DNA of 64,000 bases from a virus. Its lineage: Duplodnaviria; Heunggongvirae; Uroviricota; Caudoviricetes. Below the pieces are notes generated by a model. The model was not told the DNA's origin. It saw only the letters and a program-made list of their open reading frames with translations, and made no database searches. Position numbers and translations under genes: made by a program. Of this stretch, positions 54,954 through 64,000 are shown piece by piece (position 1 is the stretch's first letter; each line of letters begins with the position of its first letter). The stretch spans positions 1 to 64,000 of IMG/VR virus record IMGVR_UViG_3300047557_004483. One strand, 5' to 3'.

Positions 54954-56351
54954 TTATAAGTCATCATCTTCTAACGCAAAGTCCCACATACCCTCTTTCT
55001 TCCAATTGCTTCCTTGTGGTGTTCTTGCCTTTTCTTTAATCTTTTGTGGAACCTCCACGTTATTTGAACCCATCAAGTTCAACATAAGGATTTTCGGCAT
55101 ATCTGCAATACACTCAGGTACTGTTCTCAACTCAGGACAATTCAAGATTGTAATAAAGTTGAGTTTTCTCAATTGACAAATAGAATCAGGTATACTACTA
55201 ACACAATTATTTAAAATTATTGTCTTCAAGTTTTGGAAACGAGAAATACTTTCAGGTATTTTTATGTTTACATTTAAGTTTTTGTCGTTGTTGGTCATTG
55301 AAAATGATTTTATGCTGTTAGGAATAGAATCAATTAGTTCGTCCAACCCGTAAAGAGCAATAAATTTACCAACAGGACCTGTTGTGAAACTATCCACTAC
55401 AAACTTTTCACCACCAACGGTCAAACCTTTGGCAAACTCATGTTTGAAAATATCTTTAAGCTCTGACATAGAACCGTTCAACAATTGAACCAAATCAACA
55501 CTTCTATCATGAACGTCCATGAATTGATTAGAAGGGAAATGGAACTGATATCTTTCAGCAGGTAGATTTGATTTTATACCTCTCTGTCCTTCCCAATTAT
55601 TTGGGATTACAACATATAATGGACCGTCTTTAATATATCTGTCGAACCAACTCAGACCAGGGGCAGATGTACACCATCTTGTTTCACCCTTCGATGGTTC
55701 TAAGTAATTACCTCCGTAGAAACAAGCTGCATCTTTACCCAACGCACCGGTATCGGAAACTCTTGCTACTGTCCATTGGTCTCCCCTGAATATTACATCA
55801 CCACCAGGGTGTTCATATGTTTCTTGAGCCTTCTTTTTTTCTTCTGCGGATGCTTTAACTTTTTCTAATGAGAAATCCTTCACTTTATCATAAAGTTGTG
55901 ATGGCTTCATTTTATTCAAGTCTCTCTCACCTTCAATTCTACCCTTGAACCTCTTAAACTTCATTAAATCATTAGTTAATTTGAAGAGGTCTTCAAAGTA
56001 AACTTCTCTTTGTCTGAGTAATGCAGACTTGTATTGTTCACTTTGTGGGTCTAGTGAAAGATACTCCTCAGGTATTTCAGGCTTCAAATAATGTCTTATA
56101 ATCCATTCAGAGTATCCACCTGGTTTAATCTGCATCAATTCCTTTTCGTCAGCCGTCGCAGGGTCAACATTATTCATCTTTGTATCTGGGTCTGCTTGTA
56201 TTAGTTGCAGAAACATATCTTTACTCAAAAGCGGTTTCACTTTTTTTCCTTCTTTATCTAATTTCGGTTTTGTGTATTTGTCAAGAAGTGCATCCATTTT
56301 AGCACCTTCTACAATTAGACTTTTCAATATGGTAGTAAACCTTGTTGCCAT
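54954..56351 (-). CDS. hypothetical protein with central domain shared with 41817..43568 (..TRWCTSAPG..) and C-terminal leucine-rich repeats
   Basis: LRR-like LxxLxLxxNxxxxIP units in IKSFSMTNNDKNLNVNIKIPESISRFQNLKTIILNNCVSSIPDSICQLRKLNFITILNCPELRTVPECI. Promoter-like element e lies upstream. Confidence 0.55.
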   Translation of the reverse strand: MATRFTTILKSLIVEGAKMDALLDKYTKPKLDKEGKKVKPLLSKDMFLQLIQADPDTKMNNVDPATADEKELMQIKPGGYSEWIIRHYLKPEIPEEYLSLDPQSEQYKSALLRQREVYFEDLFKLTNDLMKFKRFKGRIEGERDLNKMKPSQLYDKVKDFSLEKVKASAEEKKKAQETYEHPGGDVIFRGDQWTVARVSDTGALGKDAACFYGGNYLEPSKGETRWCTSAPGLSWFDRYIKDGPLYVVIPNNWEGQRGIKSNLPAERYQFHFPSNQFMDVHDRSVDLVQLLNGSMSELKDIFKHEFAKGLTVGGEKFVVDSFTTGPVGKFIALYGLDELIDSIPNSIKSFSMTNNDKNLNVNIKIPESISRFQNLKTIILNNCVSSIPDSICQLRKLNFITILNCPELRTVPECIADMPKILMLNLMGSNNVEVPQKIKEKARTPQGSNWKKEGMWDFALEDDDL

Positions 56352-56392
56352 TATTTTTGTTTAATATAAATACTTTGTGAATACAAAAATAA

Positions 56393-57232
56393 CTAATAAT
56401 TCAATATCAACAGCTCTTCACCCAAATTTTGTTTTACCCCTTTTTTCGCTGAAGCTGCTTTTGCAAAACTTTTTTTCTCCCACCTATACCTATCTTCAGG
56501 AAACCACTCGTGTAGCTGGGGAAAATCATAATAAGAAAGACTGAATTTGGAATGTACTTGATTTAGTACATTTGCCAACCTTTCGTGGTCATTTCTATCA
56601 AAATCGTGATTAGAATAATAATTCTCAGTTTTCCAATAAGGTGGGTCAAGGTATATGTATGTGTTTTTACTATCGAATTCACCAATAACTTCTTGAAAAT
56701 CCATATTCCTTACCTCAGTTATTTTTAAAAAATGTTCCACCCAATCAGGCTTAGATAATTTGTCCCTGAATGAGAGATATTTTGACCTGTACTTACCTTT
56801 CAAATCGATAAATGATGAAGTTTCTGGTTTACTGCCACTAAAGACCTGAGTTACAACGTAAACGTATTTTGCTGCGATGATATAGTCAGGATAATTAATC
56901 GTAAGACCTGAATGAAAAATTTCAAATTGGAAGTCTTCAAACCTTGATTTGTATACTGGGTCTGTACTATACTCTCCAAGTCTCTGTACAGGTATCATAT
57001 CGAGAGCCCTTTGAAGTTCTGAAGGGTTCTGTACACATTTGAAAAGATTGTAATTTAAAGGATTGAAATCGTTGTATACAACTTGTTTTAGATTTGGGAA
57101 CTTGGAAAGGTCCATATTAAAAAAACACCAAAACATTCCTCCGAATGTTTCCAAGTAAACTTCCATATCTTGTGGATAAAGGTCCACAATCCATTTACCT
57201 ATTTTTGATTTACCACCGATATAACTTAACAT
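56393..57232 (-). CDS. dam: Dam-like N6-adenine DNA methyltransferase (D12 class)
   Basis: MLSYIGGKSKIGKWI (the Dam N-terminal YxGxK SAM motif) and YIYLDPPYWKT (DPPY). Confidence 0.8.
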   Translation of the reverse strand: MLSYIGGKSKIGKWIVDLYPQDMEVYLETFGGMFWCFFNMDLSKFPNLKQVVYNDFNPLNYNLFKCVQNPSELQRALDMIPVQRLGEYSTDPVYKSRFEDFQFEIFHSGLTINYPDYIIAAKYVYVVTQVFSGSKPETSSFIDLKGKYRSKYLSFRDKLSKPDWVEHFLKITEVRNMDFQEVIGEFDSKNTYIYLDPPYWKTENYYSNHDFDRNDHERLANVLNQVHSKFSLSYYDFPQLHEWFPEDRYRWEKKSFAKAASAKKGVKQNLGEELLILNY

Positions 57233-57267
57233 GTAGTAATGATAAATAAAAAAATTGAAAAGGCAAA

Positions 57268-57498
57268 TTACTTATAACAATTTTTGTATGGTCTACAAGA
57301 AGCTTTTTGTGTAAATCCCATTTTATTACATGGAGTTGATTCACAATAGGATTTACTATATTTCCTTGGTTTTTTAAATTTGTTTGAGTTTTTTTCCTCA
57401 AGATATTGATGAATAATCCTTCTTATAATCTGCTCGTTAATCATACTTATAAATATGTCAGAAAAAAAATGTAGTTCCTGCAAAAAACCACTTATCAA
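57268..57498 (-). CDS. small basic Cys-containing protein
   Basis: ORF only; weak. Confidence 0.3.
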   Translation of the reverse strand: MISGFLQELHFFSDIFISMINEQIIRRIIHQYLEEKNSNKFKKPRKYSKSYCESTPCNKMGFTQKASCRPYKNCYK

Positions 57499-57591
57499 CG
57501 TAGAGTATAAAATAGTAATATTATCAACCTATATAATAGGAACTTCCATATACGGAACGATTGAGTTACTAAAAAAACTTATTTCGTTATT

Positions 57592-58509
57592 CTAATCTCT
57601 TTCGAATCTAACGTTAAGTTTTACATACATATCTCCACCATTGTATCCTTTACCCTTTAATCTCAAGGGTTTAGAACTATCAAATAGTTTCGGAGCATTA
57701 ACATTCAATTCCCCTTGTGGGTGAGGTATGGTATAAGTTTGTTTCTTCAAATCTTCATAATTCAAATATAAATTATATACAAGGTCATTATTCATTTTTT
57801 CATACATCTCATCTCTCGTCATAACAATTTGAATTACCAAGTCGCCGAACACACCGTTTGCATAATCACCATGATTCTCCAATTTCAAAAATTGTCCATC
57901 GTCAACACCATGAGGTAATTTTATCTTAACTTCATTTGCTTCTGATTTAACCCCCCTACCGTCACAGTAATAACACTTGTCAACTAAAGTGAAACCTTTA
58001 CCACCACACCCATCACACACTGTCCTAACTTGTTGAACAAGAAAACCAGTACCGAATGTTCTAATGTGCCCCCCACTACCTCCACATGATGTACAAGTTT
58101 TCTGTTCTCCACCACCACCCTTACAACTATTACATGGATTATTCTTAAAGTATGTCAAGGTCTTTTCAGAACCTAAAAATGAATCTATTGGTGTAACGTT
58201 TAGTTTTATAATTTTATCTGGTGCATTTTTTCTCCTCTGTTGGTTGAATGGGTTATTCATGTTAAACATACTATTGAATATGTCGTTAAAGTTACCTCCA
58301 TTAAAAGGGTTTTTTCTTTTGGCATCATATTCCGCTCTCTTGGTTGGATTGCCAACAAAGTCGTATGCTTCAGCAATTTCTTTAAACTTCTCCCCCCCTT
58401 GAGGATTTACATCAGGATGGAACTTCTTAGATAAATTTCTATATTGTTTTTTTATCTCATCTTCTGTCGCATTCTCTTCAACTCCTAAAATTTTATAGTA
58501 ATCTTTCAT
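57592..58509 (-). CDS. dnaJ: DnaJ (J-domain + CxxCxGxG zinc-finger) co-chaperone
   Basis: DYYKILGVEENATEDEIKKQYRNLSKKFHPDVN (J domain with HPD) plus CNSCKGGG..CTSCGGSG..CDGCGGKG..CYYCDGRG. Confidence 0.85.
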   Translation of the reverse strand: MKDYYKILGVEENATEDEIKKQYRNLSKKFHPDVNPQGGEKFKEIAEAYDFVGNPTKRAEYDAKRKNPFNGGNFNDIFNSMFNMNNPFNQQRRKNAPDKIIKLNVTPIDSFLGSEKTLTYFKNNPCNSCKGGGGEQKTCTSCGGSGGHIRTFGTGFLVQQVRTVCDGCGGKGFTLVDKCYYCDGRGVKSEANEVKIKLPHGVDDGQFLKLENHGDYANGVFGDLVIQIVMTRDEMYEKMNNDLVYNLYLNYEDLKKQTYTIPHPQGELNVNAPKLFDSSKPLRLKGKGYNGGDMYVKLNVRFERD

Positions 58510-58510
58510 T

Positions 58511-59164
58511 ATGGAAAACTATTTGATTGTTTTATTCAAAAATAAAGTTAGGTATAAAATACTAAAAAAATATATTACCTTCAAGAAGGCAAAAAACTAT
58601 TTTGAAAGTTTGAAAAAAGAAAGTCAAGAAGTTATTTTCGACAAATTGATTGTAGATGGACACGAAACAAACTTTGAAATTGGATTAGTCGAAAAAAGTT
58701 CTGTTCAGTTAATACCAGTCTACATTACAGACGAAATGGGTAGAAATGTGAGGGTTAAATTGGAAAACGAAGGAATGACATTAATTGAAATTTCAGGGTT
58801 CAAAATAGAAGAAGAAATTTATGATTTACAACAAAATAGAAAAATTAAAACTAAGGAATTAATAAAAATATATCTAAGAGATGGAGGGGTTAAGATGATT
58901 TCATCTCTAAACAATAAGGTTATAATACAGAATGATGATGAGATTTACTTATTTTCAACAAAAAACTCATTAGAGTCTGAAAGGTTTTTAGATTGTCTTT
59001 CGAATCACTTTTACAACATAAAAAGAAGAGATTGTCTTTTTATTAAGGATGTTTCAACACCACAAAAGAAGTATTTATATTCTTTCTTGGAATCTAAAGG
59101 TTTCGATAAAAAATTATTGTATAGAAAATTTACAACTTATCCTCGACAGGTTGGTCCAAAATAA
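58511..59164 (+). CDS. hypothetical protein
   Basis: ORF only. Confidence 0.5.
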   Translation: MENYLIVLFKNKVRYKILKKYITFKKAKNYFESLKKESQEVIFDKLIVDGHETNFEIGLVEKSSVQLIPVYITDEMGRNVRVKLENEGMTLIEISGFKIEEEIYDLQQNRKIKTKELIKIYLRDGGVKMISSLNNKVIIQNDDEIYLFSTKNSLESERFLDCLSNHFYNIKRRDCLFIKDVSTPQKKYLYSFLESKGFDKKLLYRKFTTYPRQVGPK

Positions 59165-59480
59165 AGACAAAATCGGTCCCTGAAATCTCTATAGTAAATT
59201 GTTTGTGATGTCTATCTATTTCTCGAAAATGATTTATTACCTGTGAATATTCGTCTTTTGGTAATTCAAATATTATTGTGGTCTTCCCTTTGAATAGGGT
59301 TTGTACAGAATCAGTTATCAATGCTAACTTTTCTAATGTCCCCAAATCACCATCTTTATTTTCTGCCATAATGTGAGTTTTTTCGGTTCAGGAAAAAAAT
59401 CTTTTTTGGAATATTTTTTTATTTCCGTAATAAATTTCTCCTTATCTTTTTCTATTTGGATTTGGTCTTTCCTGCTTTCT

Positions 59481-59912
59481 TTATTCAGCCAATCCAATAA
59501 TTTCTGACTCCTGTCCATCTTCTTCTTCGTTTAGTTCAGTTACATCGGTTTCAAAATCGAAATATAATTTTTTTAATTTATCTAAATCGGTTTTCTCAAA
59601 TGTCTGTTTGAGTTTTTCTATAGTTTCTTTAAAGAGTCTATCTTTAATTTCTCGGTCTTTGTTTAATTTAATTGCTTTACCTATTTTAGATAAAACTTCA
59701 TTTATTTCCTTTTCATTTATTTGACACACAAAAGAAAACCCCTTTAAATTGTCATCACCAGTTTCAAAAGGTACCAACTTCCCTTCCTCTAAATAACTTT
59801 TAGGTAAACCCCATTTAGTGGGAAATTTCATGTCAAAACTTAAAAAACTTTCTAGTTTTCTAATCGAATGAATATAATCCAAATACTCTACAAAAACTTT
59901 ATGAAAATCCAT
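59481..59912 (-). CDS. hypothetical protein
   Basis: ORF only. Confidence 0.45.
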   Translation of the reverse strand: MDFHKVFVEYLDYIHSIRKLESFLSFDMKFPTKWGLPKSYLEEGKLVPFETGDDNLKGFSFVCQINEKEINEVLSKIGKAIKLNKDREIKDRLFKETIEKLKQTFEKTDLDKLKKLYFDFETDVTELNEEEDGQESEIIGLAE

Positions 59913-60100
59913 TATTTGAAACTTAAATAGGTAATTAAATAACTTATGATTAATCCGGTAAAAATTAGTTCCCTGTTACTCAGGACCAATGGTTTCGGTT
60001 CTTTTTGTAACAGGGTACCTAAAAATTTGAATAAAATTCTACTAATAACTAAAATACTGAACACGAATGTATAATAAAACACTGCGTCAACATTAAGCAT
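59912..60100 (-). CDS. small two-TM membrane protein
   Basis: Hydrophobic 62-aa ORF. Confidence 0.4.
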   Translation of the reverse strand: MLNVDAVFYYTFVFSILVISRILFKFLGTLLQKEPKPLVLSNRELIFTGLIISYLITYLSFK

Positions 60101-60275
60101 TTTCTTCTGATTTTTTGTGTTCTAAAATCTCACCTCTGAATTTCTGAAGTAAAGCTTTCAGTTCTTGAGCAGATTTTCTTGCTCTGGTTCCCGCACTTTT
60201 ATTCCCGTTAAAAAATTTTGACGCATCAACAGAAAGTTGTTCTGTAAGAGCCTTAATTTGTTCTAAAGTTTCCAT
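60093..60275 (-). CDS. histone H1/Hc1-like small DNA-binding protein (Bacteroidetes type)
   Basis: LEQIKALTEQLSVDASKFFNGNKSAGTRARKSAQELKALLQKFR resembles the about 60-aa histone-H1-like proteins of Bacteroidetes (GNKAAGTRARK core). Confidence 0.55.
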   Translation of the reverse strand: METLEQIKALTEQLSVDASKFFNGNKSAGTRARKSAQELKALLQKFRGEILEHKKSEENA

Positions 60276-60349
60276 ATTAATGTAATTTGTTTTTTTTATT
60301 ATTGGCTAATAATAACAAGAATTTTCAATAAAATAAAGATATCAAAAGA

Positions 60350-60817
60350 CTATTCCGTATTTTTTTCGAACATATTATAAAGTTCAGTTAATATATCCAA
60401 ATCACTTTTGGTGAATGGTTTATCTAAATTAAAAACATCTTCTATAAATTCAGGTATCGCCACTTTTAAATTTTTTTGAGTTGAGTCATAGAATGAATCC
60501 AAAAAAAAGGATTTGAAGTAATCCTTATGTTGTCCTTCGTGTTTTATGATAATATTTTCTTTTTTGAAATCTTCTAAAACCTTATTCCAACACCATTCGA
60601 AGTGAGCAATTTTATCTTCTTCTTTTAAACTTATTCTTGTTTCTAACTCATCATCACCCAAATAGGTGTCAATAATAGTTTGATATAATGATTTTACTAA
60701 ATCACCATATAGTTCAATTTTCTCATAGTTTAAATTATGAATATTGAACCAAATCAACACTTCTTCTTTCGATATTGGGTTTGACATCCACCTAAAAAAA
60801 TTCTCCATAGAACTCAT
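60350..60817 (-). CDS. hypothetical protein
   Basis: ORF only. Confidence 0.5.
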   Translation of the reverse strand: MSSMENFFRWMSNPISKEEVLIWFNIHNLNYEKIELYGDLVKSLYQTIIDTYLGDDELETRISLKEEDKIAHFEWCWNKVLEDFKKENIIIKHEGQHKDYFKSFFLDSFYDSTQKNLKVAIPEFIEDVFNLDKPFTKSDLDILTELYNMFEKNTE

Positions 60818-60855
60818 CTATGGAGAATATAATTTAATAATTGATAATGTGAATT

Positions 60856-62091
60856 TTATTGAGTTTTGGAATTATATTTGATGATATTCATCATCTTTGA
60901 AATTTCCTCGTTAACCATCTTTTCTTTTTTGTTCTCCGTTGATTCCAACTTTGCAAACATTTTATCTAATGATTTCTCTCCCTTATCCTCACCGGCAGTA
61001 TCTACAGGTTGTTTAACTCTTTTGTATGACCTGTCTTTTTCTTTTTGATAAAGATTCGCCTTTCTTTTGTTGTTAGCCTTTTCACCTACTTCAGTTTTTA
61101 CGGCATTTGCCCACTCAGGATTATTTCCTGTTCTAGATGAACCTATTAAATTATCTTCCAACCATTTATCATTTGGCTTTATTTCATCATAATGAGTGTT
61201 TTCTAAACCTGGATATGCGAAGTTTTCGATATATTCTTCAACAGCGTCAGAAGGCTTATAAGCTTTTTTCGTCATTTTTTCATCTAACTCTCCATTACCT
61301 TCTGGGAAATGTTTAGGGTCCATGGTAAAATCTTCTTTGGACCCATCTTTCAAATATTCTTTGAGTTTTTTTGTGACATCTTTAACTTGTTGTGATGTTT
61401 CTTGTCCAGTTTTTTTGTTCGCCTTTTCAACTTCTCTTAGACCGATAGGTATTTTCATCTGAATATTACTTTTTGTTTTTTGTTCAGATATGATTTTTTC
61501 AATCATGTCAATCAATTCATCTTCAGTAAGTTGTAAAGTTTGTGTGTTCTCTTTTAACCCTTTCAAGGTTAATGCTAAATTAACTTGTTTCAAAAGTTTT
61601 GAATCGGAAGCAGATAGTTTTTTATCTCCTTCACCCTTTTTCATCAATTCTTTTTTCAAAGATTTGAGTTTAGCCTCAGGTATTTTTTCGTCTTCAGGAA
61701 CATTTAATTTTTTGTGTAATGCACCTTTTTTCATATCTGTTTTCTGAATCCACTTTTTTTCTTCTTTATTTTCTTTTTTCTTAACAGATTCTTTGACATC
61801 ATATTTCTTTCCATCAACTTCAAATGAATCTTTACCCTCTTCCTTGGCTTTAGCCAAAGCGCCAGAAAATGCATTACCTTCTTCAGTTTCTTGTTCCTCG
61901 ACATCTTCCTCTTCTTTCATATCACCTAACTTTTTGAAATCCGCCTTTGTTAATTTACCTTTTGGTTTTGCAACATCTAATTTGTGTTGGTCTCCGTGAA
62001 GTTTCTCATTCATTTCATCAGACTTTTTTTCTATTTCTTCCAATAAAATTTTAGAAACCATTCTATCTATTTTTTCTTGAAAATCTTTCAT
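60856..62091 (-). CDS. hypothetical Lys/Glu-rich protein
   Basis: Highly charged, low complexity. Confidence 0.5.
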   Translation of the reverse strand: MKDFQEKIDRMVSKILLEEIEKKSDEMNEKLHGDQHKLDVAKPKGKLTKADFKKLGDMKEEEDVEEQETEEGNAFSGALAKAKEEGKDSFEVDGKKYDVKESVKKKENKEEKKWIQKTDMKKGALHKKLNVPEDEKIPEAKLKSLKKELMKKGEGDKKLSASDSKLLKQVNLALTLKGLKENTQTLQLTEDELIDMIEKIISEQKTKSNIQMKIPIGLREVEKANKKTGQETSQQVKDVTKKLKEYLKDGSKEDFTMDPKHFPEGNGELDEKMTKKAYKPSDAVEEYIENFAYPGLENTHYDEIKPNDKWLEDNLIGSSRTGNNPEWANAVKTEVGEKANNKRKANLYQKEKDRSYKRVKQPVDTAGEDKGEKSLDKMFAKLESTENKKEKMVNEEISKMMNIIKYNSKTQ

Positions 62092-62112
62092 TTTTTTTTA
62101 TTTATAAATATC

Positions 62113-63096
62113 TTATTTCGTTTGTTTATTCAATTTCTCTATTTCATATTGTAATATTGCCTTGATAGTCGTTTCACTTAGGTTGAGTTTTTTTGATACA
62201 TTCGAAATTGCATCATGGACGTTTTCGTTTTGATAAATGTTCAAAGCATTGATGTCTCCTTTATTACAATAAGGAAACTTTGTGCATTTTTTCTTTACAG
62301 AAACGAAAGCTCCACCTGGTATCTGTGTTTTCGATTTACCTCTCCAATCTTTTTTACCTGTAGATTTCGCCCAAGCGGCAGGACTTTCATACGAACCTAC
62401 AGAACCAGATGTAGTTGCTTCTTTAGCCTCAATCTTTTCAACTTTACTATCGACAGGTTTTGGATTTTCACTTTTACTTTTTTTCCAAAATTCGTCATTA
62501 CCTCCAAATACAGGAGCCGAGTATGCCCCTACTGAACCTGACCCTGTTGCTTCTTTTGATTCAGTCTTTTTATTTGTTTTAAATCCACATGATTTCATAA
62601 ATTTGTCATGGTCAAAATCTACTTTTTCTCTTTTCAATTTTTCCAACATGTTTTTTGCAATTGATTTTCTATTTGTAAGATTTTTGACCTGTTTAACTAT
62701 TTCGATTATTCCATTAACCATATCTTTTTCATTTTGAGTCGAGTTAACTTCTTCAGTTTCTTTCGTCTCTATTTTAGATAATTTATCGTAATATTTTGGG
62801 TCTTCAAATATATGGTCCATTGCAATCTCTCTTGCCTTTTTTTTATTATCAGTATGTTCTAATTCAACCTTAATACCAATTTGTAATTGTTTTTTTAATT
62901 CTGAGATATCTTTCATTTTGTGTTTACGAGCTAAATCCTGTAAACTTTTTTTATCTGCCAGTCCCCCTTGTAGAATTTCATTTTCTTTCATACTGTTTTT
63001 CAAATTACTTAAAGTCGCAACTACTTCAGGACTTAGTTCCACTCCTGCAGATGATTTATCAATTGAATTTCTAAAAATGTCTTTAGATGATTTCAT
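62113..63096 (-). CDS. hypothetical protein with internal duplicated motif KEAT(G/T)SGSVG(A/S)Y(S/E)(A/S)P
   Basis: Two repeats about 35 aa apart. Confidence 0.5.
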   Translation of the reverse strand: MKSSKDIFRNSIDKSSAGVELSPEVVATLSNLKNSMKENEILQGGLADKKSLQDLARKHKMKDISELKKQLQIGIKVELEHTDNKKKAREIAMDHIFEDPKYYDKLSKIETKETEEVNSTQNEKDMVNGIIEIVKQVKNLTNRKSIAKNMLEKLKREKVDFDHDKFMKSCGFKTNKKTESKEATGSGSVGAYSAPVFGGNDEFWKKSKSENPKPVDSKVEKIEAKEATTSGSVGSYESPAAWAKSTGKKDWRGKSKTQIPGGAFVSVKKKCTKFPYCNKGDINALNIYQNENVHDAISNVSKKLNLSETTIKAILQYEIEKLNKQTK

Positions 63097-63098
63097 AA

Positions 63099-63344
63099 TT
63101 ATGCGTTTTTAAGTCTTGGTTCCCAATAGCTTCTATTCATCCACATGAATTGATAGAATTCTCGGAACATTTTCAGTGTTATCTCCTTTACCTCACCCTC
63201 TAATTTGCCACGTTTAATTTCTTTTTGTATCTTTTCCATCAACTTATCTTCGAACTGTCTGATTGTATTATTTTCCATAAAGTTTCTTATTTCTTTACGA
63301 ACCACAGTTTGAATTTCTCTCATTTCAGATGCAGTCAGTGCCAT
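63099..63344 (-). CDS. hypothetical protein
   Basis: ORF only. Confidence 0.45.
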   Translation of the reverse strand: MALTASEMREIQTVVRKEIRNFMENNTIRQFEDKLMEKIQKEIKRGKLEGEVKEITLKMFREFYQFMWMNRSYWEPRLKNA

Positions 63345-63763
63345 TATTTAATAATTAATAAAACAGCCAAAATTGCGGTTAAAGAACTACCAACTATTTT
63401 GGTAAGTTTATTTTTGAATTTTTCTTTTTTCAATTCTTTACTCACTTCAGATATTTTATCATCCATGATTTTAATTTTACTATCTTTTTCTAACAGAATT
63501 TTGTCATAGATTAAAAATTTATCTTCTTGTTTGACTATAATACTGTCTTTCAGAGAAACGAGTTTTTCAGTATGTTTCAGTTGTTCCTCGGTCAATTTGA
63601 GCTGAGCCTTAGCTGAATCACCACTAATCAAATCTTTGATGATTAGTTTGACTACAGGTATTGGAAAACTTTTAGTTGGTATACTGTCTACCGTACCTGC
63701 TTGAGAAAAAGCTGTCGAGCTCATCATTAGTGAACTTATCAACACTATTAATTTTGTTTTCAT
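63344..63763 (-). CDS. secreted/membrane-anchored coiled-coil protein (N-terminal signal peptide, C-terminal TM)
   Basis: MKTKLIVLISSLMMSSTAFSQAG signal peptide; C-terminal LTAILAVLLIIK. Confidence 0.5.
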   Translation of the reverse strand: MKTKLIVLISSLMMSSTAFSQAGTVDSIPTKSFPIPVVKLIIKDLISGDSAKAQLKLTEEQLKHTEKLVSLKDSIIVKQEDKFLIYDKILLEKDSKIKIMDDKISEVSKELKKEKFKNKLTKIVGSSLTAILAVLLIIK

Positions 63764-63941
63764 AATACTCTTTAATGATTACTTTTTGATTTTTAACTGA
63801 ACCTATTGTAGACTCAACTTCGAAAACTTCCCCTTTCAATTCAGAAATGTTCTCATCTACTTGTTTTTGTTGTTCCCTTAAGAGAACAATCTTATTATCT
63901 ATAGAATCAATTTTATTTTTGAAAGTGTTAATTCCGTCCAA
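63672..63941 (-). CDS. hypothetical coiled-coil protein (start/overlap uncertain)
   Basis: 92-nt overlap with the downstream gene. Confidence 0.3.
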   Translation of the reverse strand: MDGINTFKNKIDSIDNKIVLLREQQKQVDENISELKGEVFEVESTIGSVKNQKVIIKEYYENKINSVDKFTNDELDSFFSSRYGRQYTN

Positions 63942-64000
63942 TTTCGGAGAAAATATAGCACTGAACCAATAAAATATTACACCTACAATTATAATAAGTG

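Overview
This window is AT-rich (about 30-35% GC) and densely packed with genes on both strands. I read it as part of a large tailed bacteriophage (or prophage) of a Bacteroidetes host, not a bacterial chromosome.

Evidence for phage origin:
- Three tandem collagen-like (Gly-X-Y, GAQGGQ) fibre genes with C-terminal Peptidase_S74 intramolecular-chaperone domains.
- A DUF3310 phage protein, an HNH endonuclease, three DNA methyltransferases (Dam-like D12, plus two beta-class SPPY N4/N6 enzymes) and a lone tRNA(CAT).
- Many small hypothetical ORFs.

Evidence for a Bacteroidetes host:
- Bacteroidetes-type -7 promoter elements (TAnnTTTG, e.g. TATCTTTG) upstream of genes.
- A Bacteroidetes-type histone H1/Hc1-like small protein.
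- Type II lipoprotein and signal peptides.

Recognisable cargo:
- umuD-umuC (S24 peptidase plus Y-family polymerase).
- UDP-galactopyranose mutase (glf) with two GT-A glycosyltransferases, and a TylF/CmcI-like O-methyltransferase.
- An NMN adenylyltransferase next to a P-loop (APS-kinase-like) kinase, with a NUDIX hydrolase nearby.
- A PduO-type cobalamin adenosyltransferase and a pterin-4a-carbinolamine dehydratase.
- A guanidinoacetate-methyltransferase (GAMT/RMT2)-like enzyme.
- DnaJ, thioredoxin, a glutaredoxin-like protein and an SPFH/band-7 protein.
- Two paralogous proteins built from about 8 tandem CxxCxGxG (DnaJ-type zinc finger) repeats.
- A leucine-rich-repeat (LRR) protein.

The most unusual signal is three families of short, near-identical N-terminal leader peptides:
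- Family A: MKYIITE[ER]Q..
- Family B: MKKVVRLTExDLxxxVxxVxxEQ
- Family C: MNLQENIxRIKEMMG

These leaders are fused to at least 13 otherwise unrelated proteins. The DNA around each start codon is conserved, and all contain (L/I)-x-E motifs. I interpret them as candidate capsid-targeting or propeptide sequences cleaved by a T4-like prohead protease, or an undescribed protein-sorting signal.

Other noteworthy non-coding signals:
- Four perfect DnaA boxes clustered in G-rich islands at 3.3-5.1 kb.
- A recurring 20-bp upstream element, AAAAAAATTTTTGGGAAAA.
- A phage promoter class, GTCGTATCTTTGTATTCACAAA.
- A roughly 1-kb ORF-free, GC-elevated region next to the tRNA that may encode structured RNA.
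- Several clear Rho-independent terminators.

All functional calls are by eye from motifs; no searches were run.
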